DNA of 62,658 nucleotides, the filler included, from Basidiobolus ranarum (Eukaryota), in the NCBI GenBank assembly GCA_040143965.1. It is 7 parts of 7 records of this genome, joined end to end, with 100 filler letters (N's around TTAATTAATTAA, not from the genome) between each part and the next. Parts side by side here need not be neighbours in the genome. Positions count along the whole stretch, not along the records: positions 1 to 8,895 come from JASJQH010007781.1; positions 8,996 to 17,877 come from JASJQH010007783.1; 5 more parts are not named here. One strand, 5' to 3'. Each line of letters opens with the position of its first letter. The first letter of the stretch is position 1. Shown one piece after another: positions 1 through 12,875 of this stretch. The notes beneath the pieces were generated by a model. It saw only the letters and a program-made list of their open reading frames with translations, did no database searches and was not told where the DNA came from. The position numbers and the translations under genes were made by a program.

Positions 1-119
1 AAGAGTTTGAAATCAAAACCGATTTTATTTCTCGTTTTTAAAGGATTTTTCTGACCCCATTTCGTTAGCCAGGAGGAGCTAGTACATAATTATTCGGGTA
101 CCTCTTAACTATTAAAGTG

Positions 120-842
120 TATTCTTAATGGACGGTCTTAACTTCCTTAACAAAGTAATCTTCGATGGTAGTACATGACTCAAAGCCTTCTTTCAATGGT
201 AGGAAGGATGAAAGGATTGGATCGGGATCTAATTTACGCTCTTGTGCACTATTTTTGGGATACTCGTGACATGTAATTTAATCAAGTCCAGGGCTACCAA
301 GTTATTGATGAACACAACTAAGGAGACAGGTGAACTAGATTTAGGATACTAAACGCTCTATATCTTTCAAGTATGAAATAAGGCAAGCTCGCTTGTTCTT
401 TCATACTTTGGAAGTTGTCCGATACAATCGGAAATGCGGCTTATTAGCCAATCCGGTTGAAAGTGGTTTCGAATTGACGTAACCATCGAACGTATTCTAA
501 ATACGAACCCGGTAATAACCTGGAATGTATGAGAATTGCGCCTGTATGGATTTTGCTAGTTCACATCGTTCTATTGTTGTCAGTGAGAATATATATATAG
601 TTCTTACTTATAGAGATGGTCAGTTCTGTAAAGTTATTTTTGGAATTATTCTTAAGAAATCACTGCTTAGGGAACGAAATCTGATTCGTAGTGATCCAAC
701 TAAGAAGACTTACTCTAATGTTATTAAGATATCTACTAACTCAATCTATGGAGTCTTTGGCGCTAAAGGCAATCTATGTTCATTAGCAGCTGCAAAAGCT
801 AGCAACAAGCTGATATGGTCGTTGACCGAGGTATGCTCTTAA
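120..842 (+). pseudogene. Decayed family-B DNA polymerase fragment
   Basis: Reads *PGMYENCACMDFASSHRSIVVSENI (cf. motif A, DFxSLYPSII) and KISTNSIYGVFG (motif B, KxxxNSxYG). There is an in-frame stop just upstream and no YGDTDS motif C. Weak exonuclease-region remnants lie upstream (SNLRSCALFLGYS* near 228-270). The 5' boundary is approximate. Confidence 0.7.
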
Positions 843-1598
843 GAGAATAACTTAGGATAGCCAGCCCCGAGCTCTGAGTTGATTAACTCATTTCGCCCGA
901 ATCTCAGCTCTCTATGCAACATTCTAATTAAATCGTGCTATAAGTGGGATCCTTCTGCTCTTCACAACACATGTATGAGGTCACTCAAAGAGTATCCACT
1001 GCCACAGAAAAATGCTGACTATAAACATGTGTCATATGATGTGCCTATTAATTAGCATCTTAAGTTAAAGCAGATGGAATCTCTAACCTCGTGGACAGTG
1101 CGAGAAAGACTCCTCAGTATAACAGGGGATTTGCATGTGATTTTGAGATTTGACTGGCGAAGTTGAAATCAATGACAATAGAATGCCCTCCTTAATGGCA
1201 TTGAGACTCCAGAGGAATTGGATGTTTTCAAGTGCAAGTGACAAACAGACAATCCTAAACAATAATAAATGGACTATACAAAATGATCTTCAAACAATTA
1301 TGATAACTGGAGACGATGCACGAAAGGATTCCCTATTTAGAATTATGTGGAGACCGCGGAGAGCAAGCACGTTTATAACTGCAGATAGCGGGGCTGGAGT
1401 TTGTATATAAATACATCTAGTAGAAGTAGGACAAAGTTACACCTTGAAGCACCCGAAGATTCTGTGATCACCACTCCAGAGGCTTTACGTATACCCTATC
1501 TCTGATATCAACTTATTTTGAGTTTATAGAAGGTTCATCTTACCAAGTGGACTGTATATTGCTAGAGAGTACAGTTCAACGTTTTCTCTTACTATCTC

Positions 1599-2045
1599 AT
1601 GAAGCTCCTCATTCTTCATGGATTGATTGGCACATGGATTCAGGTACATGGTAGCCCTATTGAGGCCGGTGGAGAATTTATAGCAAATATTGATCCAAAT
1701 ACCTCTCTGATAATTTACGACCGAACAAATCTCAGTCAAGCCTTGGTCATAGCAATGGTGATTTTGCTGGGCACCATTTTATTAGGCCTAATAATACTGA
1801 CTTGCTGCTGGGCCCTTCGTAAATTCTATTTCACGTCTTCCAAAGTGATCGACACACTAGAGCCCAAGCCAGGTTTCAAAAAGAGTGGAACCTACCGAGC
1901 TGGTGACCACATTCGACAGAAATACGGTATTACTCCAGATGGCTCAATATCTAAAACCTCCACTGATGATAGTCGACAGAGCAAATACGGAAAATATCTG
2001 ACCCCACCACCGATCGCAGTGTATTCTACCACTTCTACTAAATAA
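1599..2045 (+). CDS. Small single-pass membrane protein, unknown function (148 aa)
   Basis: Intronless ATG-to-stop ORF with a signal-peptide-like N-terminus, one hydrophobic TM segment (ALVIAMVILLGTILLGLIILTCCW), basic residues after it and a Ser/Thr/Lys-rich tail. Confidence 0.6.
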   Translation: MKLLILHGLIGTWIQVHGSPIEAGGEFIANIDPNTSLIIYDRTNLSQALVIAMVILLGTILLGLIILTCCWALRKFYFTSSKVIDTLEPKPGFKKSGTYRAGDHIRQKYGITPDGSISKTSTDDSRQSKYGKYLTPPPIAVYSTTSTK

Positions 2046-3294
2046 TCCATAATTGTACATGTTTTATCGCATTTCTATCTACAACTTGTCAGTCATACTA
2101 TCTTTATTCTCTTAGCAAGCTCTCATCACGACCTAAATACCATAGAGTCAACGCAGACTTCTACCTCCTCGTACAGATCCCATTTCGCCCATTGAAGTGT
2201 TCGATTTTTAGAGCTCGCTGCTTCAAGGGTCAGCGAACTATTCGTTTTCTCCTTCATTGTGTTGCTCTGTATCATTACGTTGGGAGAAGGTAAAACTACA
2301 TACTTAAGACATACTATGCTAGAGATACCATTATTCAACTATAGTTAACTAAATATCTTATGAATAAATATCTGATATCCACTCTTGATGATAAGTAATG
2401 ACTCGAACTTGTCTGTTGCCAAAATAGGGCTAATCTAGATTGCTCCATTCCAGAATATCTGCGTGAGATATATCCTACTACGAAGGATGATTATGCTATA
2501 CCAAATCTTAAGCACTGATCAGAGCAGTAACAGGTTGCTTACAAACTAGTCAAGATGCCTTGCCTGCCCATGAAAACAGCTGAATTCTGCGGGCACTCCT
2601 AATTCTACTGTCTGGTCGGAAGCATCAACAGATATAGCAGGAAGATGTGATACGATATTATGGTACTTTTCTATGCATTTGTCCTAAAAGCCGTACAGTC
2701 ATGAGGGCAGATTAAGTGATCAGTATTATTGTGATGATTTTATTTTATTGCTGTTGTACAAGCTTTGTTGAGCATCTACATTCCCTTCCACTTTGAGATA
2801 TTTGTTTGGACTGTTGTTTTATTCAGTATGTTGATATCATCCGAAAGGATCCTTCGTATATGTGGCAATTAATTTGCTATTATGATCTTATTCATTATTG
2901 TGTTGAGCAGGTATATGCAATGCAATCCCCCTTAACGTTGCTTCTGATAACACGTTTATTTCGTATTTTAATTTATTCCTTGTACGAACTCCACCGAAAC
3001 TTTCTGGGCTTTTCTCTTTGCGTCGAACTCTCTTCGTTCCTTTAGCTCTTTCCACCTTTCTTATTATAATTAAACTCTAAAGTACAGTGCTCCTCTCCTA
3101 CCCTCTCTTTTACTAGTACCATAGTAAGGTAGTAGTCAACAGTTCCAGCATAAGCCCTATTAGTGTTTATACCACAGATCTCGCTCTCAAGTGTTTTCCC
3201 TTCAGTAGATTACTTGAAGGCATTCTTGGGGAAGAAAAACTAAAATAATATAGATTTGAATACCTAGAGGAATTGAATAGATAGTGAACTATAG

Positions 3295-5736
3295 ATGCCA
3301 GGAACACTAAAACAGCTCCTATTCAAGGGAGATATCACATCCTTCTTTAGTCTTGAACCAGACAAAAAAAGAATTAGTTCCACTTGTTGTTATCTTGACG
3401 CCTACATAGTTTCTACTGAAACTAAAACCGACCGTCAAAAAGCCAACAAAAGATTCACCGTTTATAAAATTTCCATTGCTAGTGGTCCTACTCAATGGGT
3501 TATTTCAAAACGGTACAGCGAGTTTCACAAACTTCATCGTGAGGTAAATTTCTTTTCTTTATTCTGATAAACATAGCTTGGTAAATGGTTTTTCATGTTC
3601 AACTCTCCAAATATTCAACCTACCTACTTTCTCCAATCATATTAGCTCCAAAATTTATTCCCCCGTACTCGACTTCCCTCGTTTCCACCAAAGCGGTTAA
3701 TAGGTAGCAATATTTCTCCAGCATTTGTTTATGCAAGGCGTCAACGACTTGATTCGTACTTAAAAGAGATTTCTGGAGACCCTATCTTATGTTCGTCTGA
3801 TCCAGTCTTTGAGTTTTTCCAAGATACATCTATCGATCAGGAAAGCCTGTATAACGCTCTTACCAATGATAATTCAGATGAAAGCGATCACCAATCCACA
3901 ACTTCATCCTACCGAAGCAACGGTACTAAGCGCAGAGCATTTTCATTTCAAGTAGCAAAGCAAAGATTGGGTTTTAAAGGTTCAAGATCCTCAACCAAAA
4001 GAAGAAAACTTACGTGTAGAGCCTCAGACAGCTCAAATACGAAGATCCAGCAGGATATTTCGATGAGCTTGGATGACTTTACGTTGATAAAAGTAATTGG
4101 TAAAGGGAGCTATGGAAAGGTAGTGCATCTCATAGAAATATTGAATGTCAGTCATAGTACTTAGCGGTTTATATACCTAGGTCATGCTCGCAAGACATAA
4201 GGATTCTGGAAAGTTACTTGCCATCAAGTCCATCTCCAAGAAGCAAATCCGCCAGAAGCCTAATGATGTGAAGAGAATCATGGCTGGTAAGAGAGTTTAA
4301 AACATACTGTAGGTAGAGTCTTTCAAGACTTATTCTTTGGTTGATATTTACATTTAGAACGTAACGTATTGAAGCGCAATGAAAACCACCCGTTCCTTGT
4401 TGGGTTACAATATGCTTTTCAAACGCCAGAAAAGTTATGCTTTTGTATTGATTATATCAACGGTGGCGAGCTATTTTATCATTTACAGCATACTCAACGC
4501 TTTTCAGAAGACAGAGCAAGATTTTATGTAGCCGAGATTACTTCTGCTTTGGAATATTTACACGCCATGAATATCATATACAGGTAACGTTTACTCTTTG
4601 AGCTTTTCATTTGGATCGTATCTCTGAACATCTTATGATTTTTCTTTAGGGATTTAAAACCCGAGAATTGTTTACTTGATTGGCAAGGTAAACACCAGTT
4701 TAGAACGTCAGATTTGGGTTGAGTTGAGTTTGATCTAGTTTGGAATGTTTAGGTCATATTCGGTTAGTGGACTTTGGCCTTGCTAAAGAAATTCTACAAG
4801 ATGATGGAACCACCTCCACTTTCTGTGGCACCCCGGAGTATTTGGGTACAGTAGTAATGTCAGCTTCACATCGATATTAGAAATCACTTACACGACTCTT
4901 TCAATAGCCCCCGAGGTTCTTAAACATCAAAGCTATGACAAAACAGTGGACTGGTACTGCTTGGGAGCAGTACTTTATGAAATGCTCTCTGGATTAGTAC
5001 GTCTTCAATACTTTCCTTGACTTGAATCATCAGTCTTACCTAAATTTTTCCATGACTAGCCACCCTATTATTCTCCAGATAATGCAGATATGTACGAAAG
5101 AATTCTCAACGAGAGACTTCGATTCCCAGCAAATATAAGTGCTACTACTAGATCTTTTATCTCGAGGGTAAGTAGAATGATCCTATCAGAAAAACTCAAA
5201 TACCTAACTGATTACGAATTGCTAGCTGATGGATCGCAATCCAAGAACGAGGTTGGGAGGTGGACCTAGCGGCTCTAATAACGTAAAGATTCACCGATAC
5301 TTTGAAGTAAGTATCCATCAGGTGTGTCTGAACACCGTTTAAAAAAACTCACCGATTTTCCTTAGGGTATCGACTGGGACTGCCTACTGCGAAAAGGCTA
5401 TGAGCCCCCATGGAAGCCCGATGTGGTAAGAAAAAAGCTTGATACTAATAGAAAGGAGTCAAAGATATTAACATCACTGTTCAGAGTGGGCTATTAGATC
5501 TACGATATATCGACCCAGCATTCTCATCTGAACCAATCGAAGAGCAATCGTGTTTGTCTAGCTTTCCAGATACTTCGGACAATTCAGTATACCATGAAAG
5601 TGAGGATGATCTTTTCTACGGTTTTTCCTACGTGAGGGAAGGCAATGAACCAGCCAATGAACGCTCTAATAATTCAAGTTCGTTAAAAGTGGGGTGCAAG
5701 TCTAGCTTCAGATGCAAGTCACTTCTCTCGAGATAA
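3295..5736 (+). CDS. SGK: PX-domain AGC Ser/Thr kinase, SGK3-like (multi-exon)
   Basis: PX domain (FTVYKI...[14 protein letters not shown]...LPSFPPK), then [58 protein letters not shown] and hydrophobic motif FYGFSY. GT-AG introns join the exons (e.g. 3544-3645, 4120-4180). Confidence 0.9.
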
Positions 5737-6199
5737 TACAAGACTCAGTCCGTAGTATCACTAGTATTTATCTTCTATCAAACTCATCTCCTCCACAATG
5801 TACTTAATCATTGGAAGGGGAGGGAACAATTTTCCATGACAGTAAACGATATCCAAGAATCCCCTCTTTTTACTAGCTATCCATTTCGCAGATAGAATAT
5901 CTAATTATTTACCCTCTTGTTCTTGTGATTATTTGTCAAAGCATTGATTGAAATGGTAAGCGAGTTCACAGTTCAAAGTAGCTTTCAATTACGGTCTATT
6001 CTATAATCCGCGGATACCCTCACAAATTCCAACACCCCCCCCCACCTAACTACTAGGTTGATGATTTATCTGATATTAAAGCGCTAGCAAATATACCTGC
6101 CCCTTTATCGAACCAAAGATGGAGATGATTGCAGCTGTAATTGGCGTCATTTAGATAGTCGGCCTATCGAGTGTTGTATATCTCACGCCAGAATTATGA

Positions 6200-8895
6200 A
6201 AGCATGGGAAACTTCATTTACGTGAATGTATTACCAGAGTGATACATGTAGATTAGGATTTGAATGCTAAGCCAAATAATCCTATTGAGAACCTCAACGT
6301 AATCTTGATATGTATCCTGTTGTACACTAAATACGTTTTGAATACAACTTTGATTAACTCCAAGTTGATTTATTTTCGAAGAAAGCAGGGATGGTCTATT
6401 TACTGACTCATGTGGTGTTCTGTGAACTGATACCCTCCAACTGTAGAGAATTTTCCGGTTAGGTTTAGATAACCACAAAATACCAGAAATGCTAAACAAA
6501 TCTCCTCAATAGTGGGCGCAAGAGATAGCGTTGACATTTGGAATCAGCCTAGGGGTACCCATGGCTCAAACTCGATTCCTCTTCATTCTACTCATGGACA
6601 AAATTCATTTTCGAACGACAAGAAACAAATTATTGGTACTGAACAAATGACTCTTACCTGTGAATTCATGAAACAAATGTCATGCCCAAAATCACTCCTT
6701 CAAATTGAGCAATATGTAAACAGCACTGATATGAACATTCCAAACAAAGCAATGATTTTATGGTGCAGCTGGACAGTGAGAAAGTTAATTACCCCTTACG
6801 TACAAGCCGTATGCACGGTTCTGCTTGTATCGATCCCTGGGAAAGGCTCATCAAACGAATCTGGTGATATTTGTATTTTGTATTGGATCAGTAGGAATAT
6901 TGTTTCCACTACTTTATTATTCTAGAGATACTTTCCAGTCTGTTTAATGATGTTCTTAAGTAAAAAAGCCGCGTTGTGCTATTCAAGCAAGTCCTAGCTC
7001 TGCTGAAGACATTCTTTCGCATTCCTCAGGTGTGCATCTAACGTCAAATAAGGTGGACCATCTAGACCTATTTGGTTAGTTGTGTGGGTAATTCAATAAA
7101 TGCTTGACGAAGCAACATCTTCCTGAACTGTTTAAATATTAATAATTAAAGCACAATGAGAATGTAATCCCAATCAATGTTCTTCCACCTTCATTAGATT
7201 AGATTGAAATGGAAGTGAATCTCAAATTGGCTCATTCACTACGAGATATGGCATTCATGTGCAAACACCAGCCTCTCATTGGCCAATGTGTCTCCCAATC
7301 TTCGCTGCCTTCCTTCCGATATATTCGAATTATATCCCGATGTATTAAGGACACGCCCAAACATAGATATTGAATCCTATTTTAGCTCATGATGTGATCC
7401 ATCCCAGCTTCTAATTAACTTAGAGTTTGCACCTAAAAGCTACTTTAAAATCATTCCTTGGCAGAGAAAAACTTCCTCGGTAGCAATGGTACATGCGCTA
7501 AAGGATGGAGATATGAAGTCATCCTAGGGCCAAATAGGGGAATCCACTGTAGAGCTTTGCTTATTTCATCCCAAAAATGGAAATCCCATCAACAAAATCG
7601 TTTGCCTAGAAAATACTCCAGTGGATTGCTGATGATGCGGATATTCACATGAAACGTCATACGAAATCCGGAGAAACTTCGACGCAGAGATCTCAGGGAT
7701 TCTGAGAATTCAAACCGAGTAGTGGGTGAAGGAGCTTACGTAAATCGATATCGAATCCGTTCCGAATCTAATTCTGCTCTGAGTCATTTGTATGCGCCTG
7801 TGGCAGATCATTGAATGCATGAGTTCAAGAAATCTATATGTTCTGCTTGAACTTACCTGATCCTATCTTGCTTCGAGCATGGAGTATGTCATTGAGCATA
7901 TGGATCCAGAATGCGTGACATCGCCGCATTAAACTATCCTGTAGACGGTAAGAAATGGTCAGATTCTGAAGCTTTTCATGTATATAATAGTGCGTAATAC
8001 AGCTCTACCCATCTTGCTCTGCCGTTGGCTCCGTGCCTGTGGACTCAAGTATGCTGACATAGCAGTGATTGCACTTGTCATGACGCCAATGTGATCCGAT
8101 CCAGTTATAGAAACACCATGAACCATCGATATTGTTACAGCTACCTCGAACTTAATAGGGTGCTTGGCCAGCATTCTTATTTGTCGCTTTCCACCGCAAA
8201 TTCAGCTTAAGACTTCTGCCAGAGTACAGTTTTGTGGGCCAAGCCACAGGAGGATAATTTTGGTAGACACAAAGCGCAATTCTATATATATGGCATTTCC
8301 CCTTTCAACGATCTTGTAGTCTCTTCTTGGCAATTTCTGTGTGCTGCAAATCAATCAGAGTAAAGTGTGTTTCCATTCTTGTCTCGGCTTCATTGCTGAG
8401 AGATTGATGAGGAAAAGCATAAATAATTTGATTGTGAAGCGGGCGTCACTTGTCAGGCAACCCACTGTGTTTTCCAGCAAGCTAAGGTTTAGGGGTTGAC
8501 TAATTTAGATCACCCGCAGTTGATGAGGCCTGATATGGCCAAGCTGTAGAGCGGGGATTTTACAACATACATCATCCTGCTGATTTGGAGGGGCCAATGG
8601 TCTCGCTACCAGATTTGCAGTTTCTGAAGGATTTACTGATTTTTGCTGGCAACCTCCTTCATCTTAAATCGGTACAAGCCGAGGTGGCGAAACACGCCGT
8701 ATATGAACTGCAAGTGAATACAAGGTCATGAGTCATCTTGTTATAGCATCTCGTGTATGGTTACAACAGCCATCACTTAAGGGCTATTGTCTGAGTTCAA
8801 TATGTTTCGACTGTGAGCATAATGCTGAGATCTCGTCATACACTATGTTTATCAAATCAGAAACAAATGAGAGAGGCTGGGATCACGGATCATAA
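6200..8895 (-). mobile_element. Highly degenerate Ty3/Gypsy-like retrotransposon pol remnant
   Basis: Minus-strand fragments RWKNIDWDYI (7161-7190, cf. integrase RWxxIxMDFI), LTK..MVHLI (~7050-7080) and WLSIQIL (~6260, cf. VWLSTKNL), with many stops. Boundaries are approximate. Confidence 0.45.
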
Positions 8896-8995
8896 NNNNN
8901 NNNNNNNNNNNNNNNNNNNNNNNNNNNNNNNNNNNNNNNTTAATTAATTAANNNNNNNNNNNNNNNNNNNNNNNNNNNNNNNNNNNNNNNNNNNN
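8896..8995. other. Artificial contig spacer
   Basis: N44-TTAATTAATTAA-N44, giving stops in all six frames. Confidence 0.99.
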
Positions 8996-11764
8996 AGGTA
9001 GTAGCTCCACCAATAAGAAGAGGCGTTCTAAGGCCTTGTCGTTCCATTTCTTTGGCCACAGCAATCATTTCATCGAGGGAAGGTGTAATTAATCCAGAAA
9101 GACCAACGATATCGGCCTTTTCATCAATAGCAGCCTGGATGATTTTCTCTGTAGATGTCATAACACCAAGGTCGACAACTTTGTAATTATTACAACCCAA
9201 GACAACGCCCACAATGTTTTTACCGATATCGTGAACATCACCCTTAACAGTTGCCAAAATAACAGTCCCACTATACATACTATTTTCATCACCATCGTCA
9301 GTAATGCCGCTTGCCTTCAGACGTTCGAGTCTCTCTTCCTCCATGAAGGGTATGAGATGAGCTACAGCTTTTTTCATAACACGAGCACTCTTTATAACTT
9401 GAGGTAAGAACATTTTCCCCGAGCCGAAAAGCTGGCCTACGATGTTCATGCCATCCATCAGCGGACCTTCAATAACATTTAGAGTTCGCGGATAACTTTC
9501 TTTGTTTAGCCTTGCCTCTTCCGTATCCTCAACAATGTATTTTGTGATACCTTTAACAAGAGCATAAGAGAGTCTGGAGGAGACATCTTGTAGTCTCCAT
9601 TCTTCCGCATTGCTTACTTTCCCAGCAACACTACCATGCTTCTCAGCATATTCCAGCAGTTTTTCTGTAGAATTAGGGTCAAGGTTGTGAACGGCATTTT
9701 CACAGATCTCGAGTAAATCCTTTGGAACGTCATCATAAATAGTTAAAAAACCTGCATTTACAATTCCCATATCCAAACCCGCTTTAATAGCATGGAAGAG
9801 AAATACACTGTGCATAGCCTGTCTAATGATTTCTTTACCTCGAAAAGAGAACGAGATATTAGAAACACCACCACTAACTTTGGCTCCAGGAAGATTGGCT
9901 TTAATCAGACGAGTCGCTTCAATAAATTCAACAGCATAATGGTTATGCTCCTCCATGCCGGTGCAAATTGTGAGAATGTTGGGATCAAAAACAATATCAT
10001 TTGGATTGAACCCAACTTTTTCAACTAATAAGTTATATGATCGGGTACATATCTCTAGTTTACGTTCTCTATCGGTAGCTTGTCCTTCTTCATCAAAAGC
10101 CATGACAACCACGGCAGCGCCAAAACGACGAATTATAGTGGCTTTCTTTAAAAACTCCTCTTCACCTTCCTTTAAAGAAATGCTATTGACAATGCATTTA
10201 CCTTGAACGCATTTTAGACCTGCTTTGATAACTTCAAAATTGGATGAATCGATCATTAACGGCACTTTTGAAACGTCAGGCTCTGTGGAGATTAAATTTA
10301 AAAATTTGGTCATGGCAGCAACACCGTCTAATAAACCCTCGTCCATATTGACATCGACTATCTGTGCACCACTATCAACTTGTGCCCTGGCAATAGCAAG
10401 TGCCTCTTCATATTCATTGTTGAGAATATGACGAGCAAACTTTCTAGAACCAGCAACATTACAACGCTCACCAATGTTCACGAAATTTGTATTTTCATCA
10501 ACAGTCAAAGGCTCTAAGCCAGATAGAAGCATCTTATTTTTTGATTGGTCTTCTGAAGGTACTCGAGGGGCATATTTGGAGCAGACCTCCGCAATGGCTT
10601 TAATGTGCTCAGGGGTAGTACCACAACAACCACCGACAATATTGATTAAACCGCCAGCTGCAAACTCCTCGACGTGACTAGCCATCATCTCCGGTGTTTC
10701 ATCATATTGACCAAAAGTATTGGGCAACCCAGCATTGGGATAACAGATGACATATTTTGAAGTGACCTTGGAGATATTTTGAATGAAAGGTCTCATTTGT
10801 GGTGCACCAAGAGCACAGTTCAATCCAATAGCCATAGGATTTGAATGTGAAACGCTAATAACAAATGCTTCTCCCGTCTGTCCCGAAAGGGTTCTTCCAC
10901 TTTGATCAACAATTGTACCAGAAACCAAAACAGGTACTTCTTTAAACCCTTCTTCGGAGAAAAGGATATCAATGGCGTATAGGGCAGCCTTGGCGTTCAA
11001 TGTGTCAAATATAGTCTCAACCATTAAGAGATCAGAGCCTCCATCTAATAAACCTCTTGCTTGCTCTTTATAAGCTTCTACTAATTGGTCAAAAGTAATA
11101 TTTCTATAGGATGGATTCTCAACAGAAGGTGAGATAGAGGCAGTTCTGTTGGTTGGGCCCATGGAACCACATACCAAACGTGGCTTGTCGGGTTGTAGGG
11201 CTGTAACTTCATCGCACGCTTTTCTAGCAACCTCGGCGGCCACCTTATTCAATTCATATGCGAGATGCTCCAACGCATAATCAGCTTGAGCAATGGAGGT
11301 AGAGGAGAAAGTATTCGTTTCGACCATATCAGACCCAGCTAACAAATATTGTTTATGAATTTCAACAATAGCATCGGGGAGGGTAAGAACTAGAACATCG
11401 TTATTTCCTTTGAGGTCTTTTTCGTGGTTTATAAAACGCGAACCTTATTGACAAAAAAATGGTAAATAATATGTTTGCCAATCACCACTTCCCTCAGAAA
11501 CCTAAGAAGATACTTACCTCTAAAGTGCTTCTCCTCAAGTCGAAGTTTCTGAATCATGGTGCCCATGCCACCTATTTTCACGACTTGTATTAAAAAAAGA
11601 AACCTGTTACTAAAAAGAAGCATGTAGACTACGGACCATCGAGAAACATGATTCGTTTGGGAAGGGTCTCATTAAGATACTCTACGAGAGAAAAGGTGTT
11701 TAGCACTGGTTGATTTGTATGTATTAAAGATAAACTCACTAGTAGCATCGATTCGTGCCACCAT
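8996..11764 (-). CDS. MTR: Cobalamin-dependent methionine synthase (3'-truncated by contig end)
   Basis: Spliced start [31 protein letters not shown] (three short 5' introns). Hcy-binding GGCCGT, pterin-binding domain ([14 protein letters not shown]), cap domain ([14 protein letters not shown]) and B12 motif GDVHDIGKN...GLSGL...GGA are all present. Confidence 0.97.
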
Positions 11765-12875
11765 CGCGATAATAAAAGTGAGGAGCGGAGCCAGTAACTG
11801 AACTGATAGAGCAAGGATCAAGCTAGGATCAATTAAGTATCAGACTATATATATAACGTTGTAACAAAACCCCGATTTACTGGATGTATAGTATGTTTTG
11901 ATTAGGTTTCTTAATAGAAAGTGCAAAAAAAGTAGAACGGCAATCACCAATCAGATAGTATCACCTCGAGGAGGCTTGGAAAAGGAGAGACAATCGCAGG
12001 GAATCATACGGATTCATACTACAACCGTACCAAGTGAAAACGTTTGGGGTAATTGTGTCAAAGGAACAGTGTCCTTAGATATGTATATACATTTTACGTA
12101 TAAGGGAATCATATTATAGATAGAGTGAAGCTTAGGCAGTAACCAGTGTATATGGTATTTAGTGGTATCGCGTAATCGAGGCAATGATATACCATATATT
12201 TCATGCAGAGTCTAGTCCTGTCCACAAGCAAATTCCTAACTCCGGAGAGGGTTCTTTTTGGAAAAAAAATCAAGAGCCCATTACCCTTTCTCTCAAGTGT
12301 GGTTTCTATTTAGATCTTCTAAATTTTAGATTCATTCATTCTGAGTACACATCGCATTTATGACTTCCATAGTAGCAATCTTGCTGCTGCTTAGATATGT
12401 GAATATAAGTTTTCGGTAATAGACATGTATATGGAGCACCGTCAACATTGGGCAGATGTTCTGATGGTCATAACATAAATATATTTACAATCTAAGAAAT
12501 CATCGAACCTAGTGAGGCCCCTCACTTAAATGGGTTTTTTGATGCCATGCGAGTTTAAGGTTTGGTGGCAGATGTAACTCGGTTATTTGGTATCGCGGTT
12601 GGACACCGGTCCTAAACTAGTTACATACACTAGGTGTTATAATTCCATAAAATAATATCTAGCTCTAGTTCTGGTTCTAGTAGTACTATCCGCACTAAGT
12701 TGATTAGGATTGAGTGTTTAATCACAAACATTATTTATCTTTAGTAATACTTAAATACAGAGATATCTTACAGCTCGAGGGTAATATACAGTGGTTCTAG
12801 ATGGAAGAATCCTATTTAACGTTATTCACCGCTACACTTATAAGCAACAGGCTGGCATACTTTTGCTGATTTTGA

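Noticed and set aside
8940..8951. TTAATTAATTAA palindrome recurring every ~8.9 kb
   Set aside because: Synthetic six-frame stop linker inside N runs, not a biological repeat or array.
11765..12875. Possible cobalamin riboswitch upstream of MetH
   Set aside because: I could not see a B12-box or the expected conserved elements. An Rfam/Infernal scan would settle it.
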